A stretch of DNA of 39,855 nucleotides from Octopus sinensis (GCF_006345805.1 NW_021835439.1:1-39855), one strand, 5' to 3'; counted from the stretch's first letter, positions 1 through 11,493 are shown. Translations and numbers: made by a program. The notes: generated from the letters alone by a model not told the origin.

Positions 1-250
1 ATATATTGTGTGTGTGGTGTGTGTGTGTATTGTTTGTGTGTCTGTGTTTGTCCCCCTAGCGTTGCTTGACAACCGATACTGGTGTGTTTACATCCCCGTC
101 ACTTAGCGGTTCGGCATAAGAGACCGATAGAATAAGTCCTGGGCTTACAAAGAATAAGTCCCGGGGTCGATCTCCTCGACTAAAGGCGGTGCTCCAGCAT
201 GGCCGCAGTCAAATGACTGAAACAAGTAAAAGAGAGAGAGTAAAAAGAGT
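1..250 (+). mobile_element. SINE family 1, 3' half (cut by the window edge)
   Basis: Nearly identical to 29210-29429. Confidence 0.9.
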
Positions 251-753
251 ATGTGTCTTTTTTATGTCAGTATTTTCCCTTTGTGGGTGAATGGTTAAGA
301 AGCTTGCTTCCCAACGATATAGTCTTGGGTTCAATCCTATTGCATGGCACCTTAATTGAGTGTCTTATACTCTAAACAACACTGAGCTGACTAAAGCCTC
401 ATGAATGGATTTGATTATTCTTTTATTCTTTTACTTGTTTCAATCATTTGACTGCGGCCATGCTGGAGCACCGCCTTTATTTCTTTGATTCCAGGTTTTG
501 CATCTACACCTGCTTTTCTGATTCTATTGATTCTAAATGAGAAGATCTTTCAAAGCTAATAATGCAGCATTTGGTGTTCTAACAGGCATCCATGTTAAGT
601 TGGATAGAAGATTGCCTTTTCGTATTATACAGCTCCATTTCTATTAGTATTTGCAAAGGGAAGCATCTTTCCCATCTTCAATCTGACATGATACACACGG
701 ACTCGAGTTTCTGGGTATTGATCCATCATTAGCATGTGACCTTGCGCAGAAGA

Positions 754-793
<40 letters not shown>

Positions 794-852
794 TAAATAT
801 TATATAAATATACATATACTGAAATCACATTGTGTTTCATCTATCACAGTTA

Positions 853-936
853 ACATCTGATGAGCGCAGGGTTACATAATCGGACTGTTATCTAACACTC
901 CATTGAACCCCTAGTGTGAAACTGATCTGTAAGATC
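853..936 (+). ncRNA. Decayed hammerhead motif
   Basis: CUGAUGA at 857-863, stem II GCGC..AGGGUU/AACCC..GUGU, GAA at 918-920, near-palindromic ACUGAUCUGU and GUA. Stem I is defective. Confidence 0.45.
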
Positions 937-1305
937 TGCCATAATGGATATATAATACTGTACACTTCAATTAATACACACACATACACATATACGTATG
1001 ATGAACTCTCAAAGATGACATGTGAGTGTTCTGTTATTTGCCGAATGAACTGCACAAATGATTTGTTTATGGAAATCAAATGTATGTGCTGTACATTAGT
1101 TCACTCTCTCCATCAAATCAACGTTGCCTGAACAGGTCCATGGTATACCACATCACATATCAGGGTCGATAAAGTAAGTACGACTGAGCACTGGGATCGA
1201 TGTAATCAACTTGACCACCACCACTGAAATTGCAGGCCTTGTGCCAAAATGTGAAATCAATATTTATTCCACAAAATCACCTGGAACCAAATAACAGCAA
1301 CTACT

Positions 1306-1336
<31 letters not shown>

Positions 1337-1409
1337 CCACGATGCCATCACCAATACTATGTTTAATGAGTACACCCCAACAAACCATCCAGAAGTGAAT
1401 TCAACATTC

Positions 1410-1600
1410 TACATACATAAAACCCTTATTCCAATTTAGCGCACATCTGTGTAAAGACATTTTCTTAATTGCTTGTTCTGAAACCGTTTTCTTTCCAAGA
1501 GTTAACAGATTCCTGGTTTCCCCTTGGGGAATGAATTCACACGAACCAAAAGTAATCTGGAAAAAATCTGGTTTCTCAAACGTTTGAGAATATACATTCA
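1410..1600 (-). mobile_element. Possible decayed GIY-YIG endonuclease fragment of a Penelope-like element
   Basis: FFQITFGSCEFIPQGETRNLLTLGKK loosely resembles the PLE motif VIYxIxCxxCxxxYIGETxRxLxxRxKEH, but the key residues are altered. Confidence 0.3.
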
Positions 1601-1847
1601 AGTCAATACCCATGTCAAATACAGACACAACCAAAAGACACAGATTGTTTATATATTTATTATATTTATATAATTTCTTCGTATAAATCCTGTATATATA
1701 TATATTTATATACATGCGTGTTTGTGTCTGTGTGTGTTTATTGTATCATATATATGTATATATACACATACATACATATCTATGTATATAATAACATGCA
1801 CACACTCACACACATATATACACACACATACAGACATGCATACATAC

Positions 1848-1892
<45 letters not shown>

Positions 1893-2273
1893 TAAAAAAT
1901 CTAAATGTTTACATCTGTATATAAATGTGTGTGTATATGTTTATATATAATACATATATGTTTATATATATATTTATATATATATATGTATATATAATAT
2001 ATATATATATATATATAAATATATGATATATGAATATAGACATATACATATGTATATTTAAATTTATATACTTTTGTATGTGTATATCTTATATATTTTT
2101 TTTATTCTCTACAAATCCTTTTTTCTAATTAAATTCCATAAAATTTTGCAAAACAACCATTTTTCTTTTTGTAAGAATGTGTGTGTATATATGTGAATTC
2201 AAACATGTGTTTGTACATGTGCATATATATATGCATGTATATATTAACATTTTAGCAGTGATATGGCCTTTGA

Positions 2274-2305
<32 letters not shown>

Positions 2306-2819
2306 ACAAGAGATTATTAAGTGTATATTTTTGCATGGGAATAAGGAAGTAAACAGCCATATCCATGAAGTTAGGGATGGAGGTTGTAAGTATCAGAGGA
2401 AAATCAAGGATCCCTGATGTTTATAGTTCCTCTTTGGTGAGCCCTAGACCAACCTCGATTGAGCAAACTTATGATGAAAGCTCTCCAGCCATGACTCTGC
2501 CTTTTTTGTATAAGACTGTGGCATATTCTCTCATGTATTATTTGCTTTTGAAGGCATATGTACATATTTGATGGCCTCAGTTGGTGGTTTGAAAACTCAC
2601 TTGCAAACCATATGGTTTCGTGTTCAATCTCACTGCATGGCACCTTGGGCAAGGGTCTTCTACTATAGCCTCAGGCTGATCAAAGACTTGTGAGTGGATT
2701 TGGTAGACGGAAACTGAAAGAAGCCCATCAAATGTGTGTGTGTGTGTATATATATAATTCAGAAAAACAAAGAAAAAATCACAAGGAATATATGTGACGA
2801 CGTGGTACATACATATATG

Positions 2820-2853
<34 letters not shown>

Positions 2854-2990
2854 TAAGTTTAACAATTAAGGATAATCTCTTAATAAGGGATCTTAACAAG
2901 AAATTATCGGGTAGTTAGCGTGAAAACCTCATAAAAGAAAAGAATTCGAAAATAATTTTTTTCTTTTGAACAAAATTAATATATATATAG

Positions 2991-3059
<69 letters not shown>

Positions 3060-3072
3060 CATACATATATAT

Positions 3073-3507
3073 ACTCTCTTTTACTTGTTTCAGTCATTTT
3101 GGCTGTGGCCATGCTGAAGCACCACCTTTAGTCGAGCAAATTGACCCCAGGACTTATTCTTTGTAAGCCTAGTACTTGGTCTATCGGTCTTTTGATGAAC
3201 CACTAAGTTACAGGGAGGTAAACACACCAGCATCAGTTGTCAAGCAATGTTGGGGGGACATATGTATATATTTATGTGTGTATGTGTTTGTGTCTGTGCT
3301 TACCCCCACAATATCGCCGACAACTGATGTAGGTGTGTGTTTACGTCCCCATAACTTAATGGTTTGGCAAAAGAGGTCGATAGAATAAGTACTAGACTTA
3401 CAAAGAATAAGTCCTGCGGTCATTGTCTTCCACTAAAAAAACCCTTAAGGTGGTGCTCCAGCATGGTTGCAGTCAAATGACTGAAACAAGTAAAAGAATA
3501 AAAGAAT
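3073..3507. mobile_element. Two SINE family 1 3' halves in inverted orientation (- at 3073-3260, + at about 3285-3507)
   Basis: The tail motif appears on opposite strands at the two outer ends. Confidence 0.8.
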
Positions 3508-3610
3508 GTATGTGTATATTTATATATATATATATATATATGTAGGTCCCGGGTTGATTCGGGGTTAACCACAGTAAATAAGGTACTCAATACATAGCAG
3601 AGTAAAATTA

Positions 3611-3740
3611 ATTTATTATATAGAAGGAGCTTCTACAGGACTAGAACTGTTTCATTCAAGAGAAATCTTCAGGAGCTTCCTGAAGATTTTCTTGAATGAA
3701 ACAGTTCTAGTCCTGTAGAAGCTCCTTCTATATAATAAAT
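3611..3740. repeat. Near-perfect palindrome with 64/63-bp arms and a 3-nt loop
   Basis: 3611-3674 is the reverse complement of 3678-3740 except for one indel. Confidence 0.95.
3672..3725 (+). ncRNA. Candidate type-I hammerhead ribozyme
   Basis: Stem I GGAGCUUC/GAAGCUCC (8 bp), core CUGAAGA, short weak stem II (UUUUCUUGAAU, U.U at the base), GAA, stem III ACAG/CUGU and GUA triplet. Predicted cut after 3717. Confidence 0.65.
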
Positions 3741-4051
3741 ATATATATATATATATATATATACATACACCACACACACACACACACACACAGACAAACG
3801 CTCACACATTGATATCATTTTTAACAATTTTATTTTTCCTTTCTCTTTCTCTCAGACAGCTTTACATTGCAAGATTATTTTTCCAAAAATGTTATTCTAA
3901 ATTTGAAAAATCACTTTACTTGATTTATCTGGAAGTTTTTAGCTATTTTTTTTTTCCTCCCTTTCTGTTTTTCAAATCAAAACTGCAATTCTTTTCCCAA
4001 AAGAAATAACAAAATTTCCTTTATTACTATCATTAAACAAATATTATGGGT

Positions 4052-4086
<35 letters not shown>

Positions 4087-4181
4087 ATTATATATATAAT
4101 TTTATATTTCTTATGTTTTTTTCTTTAAAAATGTTTTTTAATTAAGAAAAAGTAACAATAATAATAATAATGATGATGATC

Positions 4182-4214
<33 letters not shown>

Positions 4215-4605
4215 TCAACATACTGGAATTAAAACAGAAATTAATTTAAATGAAATTTTATTAATTTTTTTTTTTTATATTTAATTTTTGCATTATGTCA
4301 AGAAGTGTGTGTGTGTCTGTGTGTGTGTGAGAGAGTGTGTGTGAGAGAGTGTGTGTGTATGTGAATATATATATATGTTTGTATGTGAATATATATATAT
4401 ATGTGTGTGTATGTTTGTGTGTGTGTATGCATGTATGTGCTTACATATATTTATATTTATATTTATATATATCTGTATATATGTCTATATGTATGTATAG
4501 GCATATGTATTTATATATTTAATATTTCTTTTGGTATTCCTTTGGGTCTTTGGTGAAAAATCAGGCAATATTACTTAATTGATCAAGAACTCTAGTTTCG
4601 GGTCA

Positions 4606-4674
4606 GGGGGATGGGGGCAGGGTAGGGGGATGGGGGCAGGGTAGGGAGATGGGGGCAGGGTAGGGGGCATGGGG
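4606..4674 (+). repeat. G-rich 19-bp repeat (GGGGGATGGGGGCAGGGTA, about 3.5 copies), G-quadruplex-competent
   Basis: More than four G3+ runs with short loops. Confidence 0.8.
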
Positions 4675-4922
4675 TGATGTTGAATGGTTGTTTAAGACTT
4701 CAGAAACTATTACCACCATTTATATTCTTTTGCTGTTTGTTTTTTTTTCCTTTCTTTTTAACTTGTAACTTGTAACTTTCACTGTCTTTGTTTGTCATCA
4801 TCATCATCATCATCATCATCAGTATCAGCATCATCATTTTCAGTAGCAGCATCATAATCAGCAGCATCATAATCGTCATCATCATCTTCAGCATCAGCAC
4901 CAGCTGAAGCTTCTGCATCATC

Positions 4923-4954
<32 letters not shown>

Positions 4955-5759
4955 CAGCATCATCATCATTATCATCAGCATCATCATAATAAGCAGCAGT
5001 ATCCTCGACAGCTTCATCAGACGCAGCAGCAACATCATCATCAGCAGCAGCAGCGTTGGTGGCATCTGCAGCATCACCATCACCACCCCCCACCAACACC
5101 ACTGCTGTCTGATACGGTTTACTGTTCTTTATTTATATTTTGCTGAAATTAAATTCATGTTAGTTCTGCAAGCCAAAATATTTGAGACATTCTCAAAGAA
5201 CTTCTTCAGAGTTCTTCTAATTCTATAGACTTAAGAATTCTTTTAGAATTATTTTAGCAGCTTAAGCTAAGAATGTCTTGTATTCTTTCTTTAACACAGG
5301 TTTTTTTCTTTGTTTTTTTTATGGTGCAACTACTTTTGGGTTTTTTTTTAATGTTTTCTTCAGTCTGTCTTTTATACATGTTTTTGTCATTGGAATGTGG
5401 CCATGATGGAGCACTGCTTTCAAGGGTTTAATGGAACAAATCAACCATAGTACTTATTTTTTAGACCTGGTATTTATTCTGTCAATCTCTTTTGTCAAAC
5501 TGCTAAGTTAGAGGGAAGTGAACAATTCAACAACATTTGACAAGTTTGGTGGAGGTTGCAACCACAAACACTAAGAAAAACACCATGTCAATATATATAT
5601 ATATATATATATATATTGGCCTGCTCACTTAGCCAGCATGGTGGCATCATTTGAAGACTAAAACAATGCGAAGTGCATTGTGACCAGCGATGTGTAGCAA
5701 AATCTGATAGCCTGGTCAGTCATGGTGATCATGGTGATATATGTATATACGTATATATA

Positions 5760-6100
5760 TATATTGATAGAAATGGTAAGACAACTAAAGAATGAAAGAG
5801 ACCTCGATATTATGTAAATACAGGAATTTATCTGTAAATGTTATATGTAACAATTATTCAGTAGCCATGATAAAGCTCCAAGTTTTGGATGTCAGGGCAG
5901 AAACCCACGCTGCCATCTCTGGAGAATTTTTTCAATGGCCCAATAACTGAAGAGAAGGCGGCATGGGTTTCCGCCCTGACATCCAAAACAATTGTTCGAT
6001 AGCCATGATAAAACTCAAAGTTTCGGATGTCGGGGCGGAAAACCACATAATATCGAGGTCTCTTTCATTCTTTTGTTGTCTTACCATTTCTATCAATATA
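5760..6100. repeat. Composite inverted-repeat element
   Basis: 56-bp outer inverted repeats (5760-5815 and 6045-6100, one mismatch) enclose a ~47-bp direct repeat (about 5862-5908 and 6000-6047) and an inverted partial copy (about 5941-5990). Confidence 0.9.
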
Positions 6101-6108
6101 TATATATA

Positions 6109-6710
6109 GTGGAGGGAGCCTGTGGAAGAGGTAGATGCAGGAAGACATGGGATGAGGTGGTGAAGCATGACCTTCAAACATTGGGCCTCAAAGATGCAAT
6201 GACAAGCAACTGAGACCTTTGGAGATATGCCGTGCTTGAGAAAACCTAGCTGGCCAAGTGAGATCATAGTCGTGGCTGGTGCCAGCATTGCATAACTGGC
6301 CCTTTCAAAAGTATCCTTCAATCGTTGGGTGATATGCCATGCTTGTGAAGACCTGTTGGACCAAGTAAGATCATAGTTGTGAATGGTGCCAGTGTTGCCT
6401 GCCTGGCTCCCATGCTGGTGATCTGTGAAAAAAACATTCAAGTGTGGCTGACACCTGTGCTGGTGACATGTAAAAAGCACCATTCATGCCTGGTTGATGC
6501 CAGTGCCACCTGACTCGCTCCCATTCTAGTGGCATGTAAAAAAGCACCCACTACACTCTCAGAGTGATTGGCATTAGGAAGGGCATCCAGCTGTAGAAAC
6601 CTTGCCAAACCATATTGGAGCCTGGTGCAGCCTCCCAGCTTGTCAGTTCTTAGTCAAGCTATCCAACCCATGCCAGCATAGAAAGCAGACATTAAATGAT
6701 GATGATGATG
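6109..6710 (+). mobile_element. Older RTE 3'-end fragment
   Basis: Encodes VEGACGRGRCRKTWDEVVKHDLQTLGL, matching the end of the 7559-8731 ORF. It continues into the same 3' UTR motifs (aaaagcacccactacactc, aggaagggcatccagc, caacccatgccagcat) and a GAT tail. Confidence 0.85.
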
Positions 6711-6763
6711 AAGGCGATATAGATATATATATGTACATACATACACACATATATATATACATA

Positions 6764-9345
6764 TACTGCCAAAAGAGAAGCTAGGAGACAGGTTTATTTA
6801 GCCAGAGGGGAAGCAGATAAGAAAAAATTTGCCAATGTTCTGCGCCGTGAGGACCAAAGACTGGAGGTGTTTCGTGTTGCAAGACAGTGTGTGAGAGAGA
6901 ATCGTGATGTGGTAGGAGAGAAGTGTGTTCGCATGGAAGATGGTTCACTTGCGCTAAATGAGGATGCAAAGAGAGAGGTTTGGAGATGCCACTATGAAAG
7001 GTTGCTGAATGAAGAAAATGAATGGGATAAAGAGAGTCTGCCGAATGTTGACCCAACAGAGGGACCAGCTATCCGAGTTGATAGTTCCGTGGTAGCTAAG
7101 GCAATTAGAAGCATGAAGACAGGGAAAGCCCCAGGCCCATCAGGAATCACTGCAGAGATGCTCAAAATGTCTGGTAGTGTCGGCTATAGCCTAGTCACCC
7201 GTATAGTTAATCAGGTGATACACAAAGGGGTCATACCCAATGACTGGTGTAGCAGTATAATAGTCAACTGCTACAAAGGTAAAGGTGATGCCCTAGATAC
7301 AAATAACTACAGAGGTATCAAGCTGTTGGACCAGGTGATGAAGGTTACGGAGAGGGTCATAGCCCAACTAATTAGAGAGAGAGTTAGTTTAGATGAGATG
7401 CAGTTTGGGTTTGTGCCAGGGAAAAGTACTACTGATGCTATATTCCTGGTAAGGCAGCTGCAGGAGAAATACCTAGCCAAAGATAAGCCCCTGTACCTGG
7501 CTTTTGTTGACATGGAGAAAGCCTTCGACAGGGTCCCCCGATCCCTTATCTGTGGGCAATGAGGAAACTAGGGATAGATGAATGGTTAGTGAGAGCTGTG
7601 CGGGCCATGTATAGGGACGCCGCTAGTAGGGTGAGGGTTGGAAATGAGTACAGTGAAGAATTCCGGGTAGAGGTAGGGGTCCACCAAGGCTCAGTACTCA
7701 GCCCCCTCCTATTTATCATAGTCCTCCAAGCAATAACGGAGGAATTCAAGACAGGATGCCCTTGGGAGCTCCTCTATGCTGATGACCTTGCTCTAATTGC
7801 TGAGTCGCTATCAGAACTGGAGGAGAAGTTTCAGGTGTGGAAACAAGGATTAGAATCGAAGGGCCTCAGAGTCAATCTAGCTAAAACCAAAGTCGTAATC
7901 AGTAGGAAGGTAGACAAATCACAAACACCTTCAGGTAGATGGCCCTGCTCGATCTGTAGAAAAGGTGTAGGTAGAAACTCTATAAGATGCACCAAGTGTA
8001 AGCTATGGACACATAAGAGATGCAGCAATGTCAAAGGAAGGCTAACTAGGAAGATGGTTTTTGTATGTGGCAGATGCTCAGGAACAATAAACACTGAAAA
8101 TGCTCTGAGACCAACTTCCGTCACTTTCCAGGAAGAAAAACTAGAAATAGTTGATAGTTTCCGTTACCTAGGTGACCAAGTCAGCAGCGGGGGCGGGTGT
8201 GCTGAAAGTGTAACTGCTAGAGTAAGAATAGCTTGGGCAAAGTTCAGAGAGCTCTTACCTCTGCTGGTGACAAAAGGCCTCTCGCACAGAGTGAAAGGCA
8301 GACTGTATGATGCGTGTGTACGAACAGCCATGCTACATGGCAGTGAAACATGGGCCGTGACTGCTGAGGATATGCGTAAGCTCGCTAGAAATGAAGCCAG
8401 TATGCTCCGATGGATGTGTAATGCCGGTACTCACACTCGGCAGAGTGTAAGTACCTTGAGAGAAAAGCTGGACCTAAGAAGCATCAGTTGTGGTGTGCAA
8501 GAGAGACGATTGCGCTGGTATGGTCATGTGGCGAGAATGGATGAAGATAGTTGTGTGAAAAAGTGCCACACCCTAGTGGTTGAGGGAACCTGTGGAAGAG
8601 GCAGACCCAGGAAAACCTGGGACGAGGTGGTGAAGCACGACCTTCGAACTTTAGGTCTCACTGAGGAAATGACTAGAGACCGAGACCTCTGGAAGTGTGC
8701 TGTGCGCGAGAAGACCCGGCAGGACAAGTGAGTCCATAACCCGTGGCCTTCTACATGGGATGGAGCCAGCCTACGTATGCATACCTTCCCTTCTTGGGAC
8801 ACAAAACTCTACTTGTGAAGACGTGTTGAGGCAAGTGAGGATCAGAATCGAAATCGATCAATGGAAATTGCGGATGTGCTACCAGTGCCGGTGGCATGTC
8901 GAAACTCTGCTTGTGAAGACCTCGTTGAGGCAAGTGAGGATCAGAATCGAAATCGATCAATGGAAATCGATCAATGGAAATTGCAGATGTGTTACCAGTG
9001 CCGGTGGCATGTAAGAGAACTTTCCGTTTCGCGACCGTTGCCAGCACCGCCCCCGTTTCGTGTCCGTTGCCAGCCTCACCTGGACCTCGTGCCGGTGGCA
9101 CATAAAAAGCACCATCCGTTCGTGGCCGTTTGCCAGCTCTGTCTGGCACCAGTGCGGGTGGCACATAAAAAGCACCCACTACACTCACGGAGTGGTTGGC
9201 GTTAGGAAGGGCATCCAGCCGTAGAAACACTGCCAGATTTGACTGGGCCTGATGAAGCCTTCTGGCTTCACAGACCCCAGTAGAACCGTCCAACCCATGC
9301 TAGCATGGAAAACGGACGCTAAACGATGATGATGATGATGATGAT
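6764..9345 (+). mobile_element. 5'-truncated RTE-type non-LTR retrotransposon (LINE) with 3' UTR and (GAT)n tail
   Basis: RT motifs KAPGPSG, NYRGIKLL, QFGFVPGKST, FVDMEKAFDRV, GVHQGSVLSPLLF and YADD, then YLG and the RTE-type C-terminus GRGRPRKTW. Stop at 8729-8731, about 600 bp of 3' UTR, and a GAT-repeat tail ending 9345. The endonuclease domain is absent. Confidence 0.95.
6765..8731 (+). pseudogene. Reverse transcriptase ORF of the RTE element, broken by a single 1-bp deletion
   Basis: ORF-track pieces 6867-7562 and 7559-8731 join into one frame if one G is restored at 7552/7553 (atc tg[g] tgg gca atg = IWWAM). The first frame stays open upstream to about 6765 (TAKREARRQVYLARG...). No in-frame stops were seen. 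Confidence 0.9.
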
Positions 9346-9491
9346 AAACACATATATACATAACATCACACATATACATACACACACACAAATAAATATA
9401 TATAAAAACACACATATATACATGCACACACACACACACACATATATATTATAATATATATATATGTATGGATATAAATATATATATTTAC

Positions 9492-9548
<57 letters not shown>

Positions 9549-10367
9549 TACACAACAGGCTTCCACACAGTTTCTGTCTTCTAAGTTCCCTTACAAGGCA
9601 TTGCTCAGCCCTGGGGCTATAATAGAAAACACTTGTCCAAGGTGTCTACATGCAGTGGGACTGAACCTGAAGCCATGCAGTCTCAAACCGCACAACCATG
9701 TTTTGTTATATTTCCTTTCAAAATTTTTCCGTTTGGATGGACAGATGGGTGAATGGATGAACAGATGAATGGATGGATAGATGGATGGGTAATCGGGTGG
9801 CCTGCAATCTTCAGTGCTCCAACTGAACTAACTGGAAGGCAAGTGAGTCCGTGTAAGGAGTCACTGAGAACATATATTGTGCCATTGTCCAACTTGACAC
9901 ATGACAAATTAGTTTTCCAGTTTGCAAACCTTTACAAACAGGAACCTATACTATTTTTTAGTCACCAGCTTAGTACAATTACACACACATATATATAGAG
10001 AGAGAGACACATATATACACATATACATTTATATACTTTCATATATATATATATGCGTGTGTGTGTGAATACATATATGTGTATATATATTTATATGTAC
10101 TTAGAGAGAGACACATATATACACATATACATTTATATATTTTCATATATATATACGTGTGTGTATGTGTGTATACATATATGTGTATATGTATTTATAT
10201 GTACTTAGAGAGACACATATATGCATATACATTTATATACTTTCATATATATGTGTGTGTGTGTGTGTGTGTGTATGCATATATGTGTATATGTATTAAT
10301 ATGTACTTACATGTGTGTGTATGTGTGTGCGTTTCATGTGTGTGTGCACATGCATGTGTGTGTGTGT

Positions 10368-10773
10368 GTGGCTGTGTGGTAAGAAGCTTGCCACGAGGTT
10401 ATAGGTTCAGTCACACTGCATGGTACCTTGAGCAGGGGTGTTCTACTATTGCAGCAGGCTTACCAAAGCTGTGTGAGTGGATTTGGTAGACAGAAACTGA
10501 AAGAAGCCTGTCATATATATATCTATATGTGTGTGTGTATATGTACATGTCTGCGTGTGCGTGTGTCTGTGTTTGTCCCCACCATCATCACTTGACAACT
10601 GGTGTTTGTGTGTTTATGTCCCTGTAACTTAGCAGTTCAGCAAAAAGACCAATAGAAGAGGTACTAGGCTTAAAAATAAGTCCTTGGGTCAAATTATTCA
10701 ACAAAAGCACATCAGGGTGGTGCTCCAGCATGACCACAAGCGAATGACTGAAAGAAGTAAAGAATAAAAGAAT
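10368..10773 (+). mobile_element. SINE family 1, diverged full-length copy
   Basis: Head, central microsatellite and tail are all recognisable. Confidence 0.8.
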
Positions 10774-10792
10774 GTATATATATATATACTAT

Positions 10793-11031
10793 TTAATAAA
10801 CACAATACATGTTTTTATATGCTTCTATAGTTTCATGTGCTGAGAACATGCCAAACATTGTTTTCTAACATGTCTGATATCTCAGCACAGTCATCAGGCA
10901 TTGCCTACATGGCATAACGATGTGACTGATAACTGTGCCAAGATGTCAGACGTGTTGTAAAACATGGTTTGGCATGTTCTCAGCACATGAAACTAATAGT
11001 AGCATATAAAAACATGTATTGTGTTTATTAA
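10793..11031. repeat. Foldback element with ~105-bp arms and a 28-nt spacer
   Basis: 10793-10897 matches the reverse complement of 10926-11031 at roughly 85-90% identity by eye. Confidence 0.95.
10819..10901 (-). ncRNA. Decayed hammerhead motif (cleavage triplet lost)
   Basis: AUGC CUGAUGA C UGUGCUGAGA...UCUCAGCACA U GAAA CUAUAG AA GCAU. U16.1 is replaced by A at plus-strand position 10824. Confidence 0.6.
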
Positions 11032-11313
11032 GTAATATTTATCTCTCACCAGATGGAGTACCCAAATGGAGTACCCAAAACAGTCACAGATGTGACTTGT
11101 GCCTCGAAGGGAAACTCTCTAGGTGCAATCCCATGGTCATTCACGACTGAAAGATGGGAGGTCTTTACTTTTTACATTCTACATTGAGAGAAGGACGAGA
11201 TGGACGCTTCATTTTTGTGCTGTTGCCGCATTATGTCGTATGCGAGTGAGAGGATTTGCATCCCCAACGTAGAATTTTTGATGTAATACATGTCCTCGAG
11301 GTAGTAATTGTGC

Positions 11314-11391
11314 GCGGCTGAAGAAGGCCATAGACACACATTATGCATTGTTATAAATCCGTCTAATAAAGGCTCGAAACATATGTACCGC
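11314..11391 (+). ncRNA. Candidate type-I hammerhead ribozyme
   Basis: Stem I GCGG/CCGC, CUGAAGA, stem II AGGCC/GGCUC (A.C at the base) extended by UAGAC/GUCUA, GAA, palindromic stem III ACAUAUGU and GUA triplet. Predicted cut after 11387. Confidence 0.7.
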
Positions 11392-11493
11392 TGAATCCTT
11401 GGCATCATGTTTTTATTTTGATTAATTTACTCCACCACCTACACCACCAAACGGTATATACAGGTGCTTACAATTATCAAGTACTCACCCTGA

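Noticed and set aside
500-760. Possible terminal exon or PLE coding fragment on the minus strand
   Set aside because: All frames have stops, the acceptors are weak and no motif is recognisable with confidence.
4779-5102. Asp/Ala-rich 107-aa minus-strand ORF
   Set aside because: It is a translation of a (CAT/CAG)n field. The many poly-I/Y/H/T/C/V ORFs from TA, CA and CAT microsatellites are rejected for the same reason.
9243-9280. Hammerhead at CUGAUGA (9249-9255) in the RTE 3' UTR
   Set aside because: No GAAA follows the stem. The sequence folds better as the LINE 3' stem-loop CUGGG..UGAAGCC/GGCUUCA..CCCAG.
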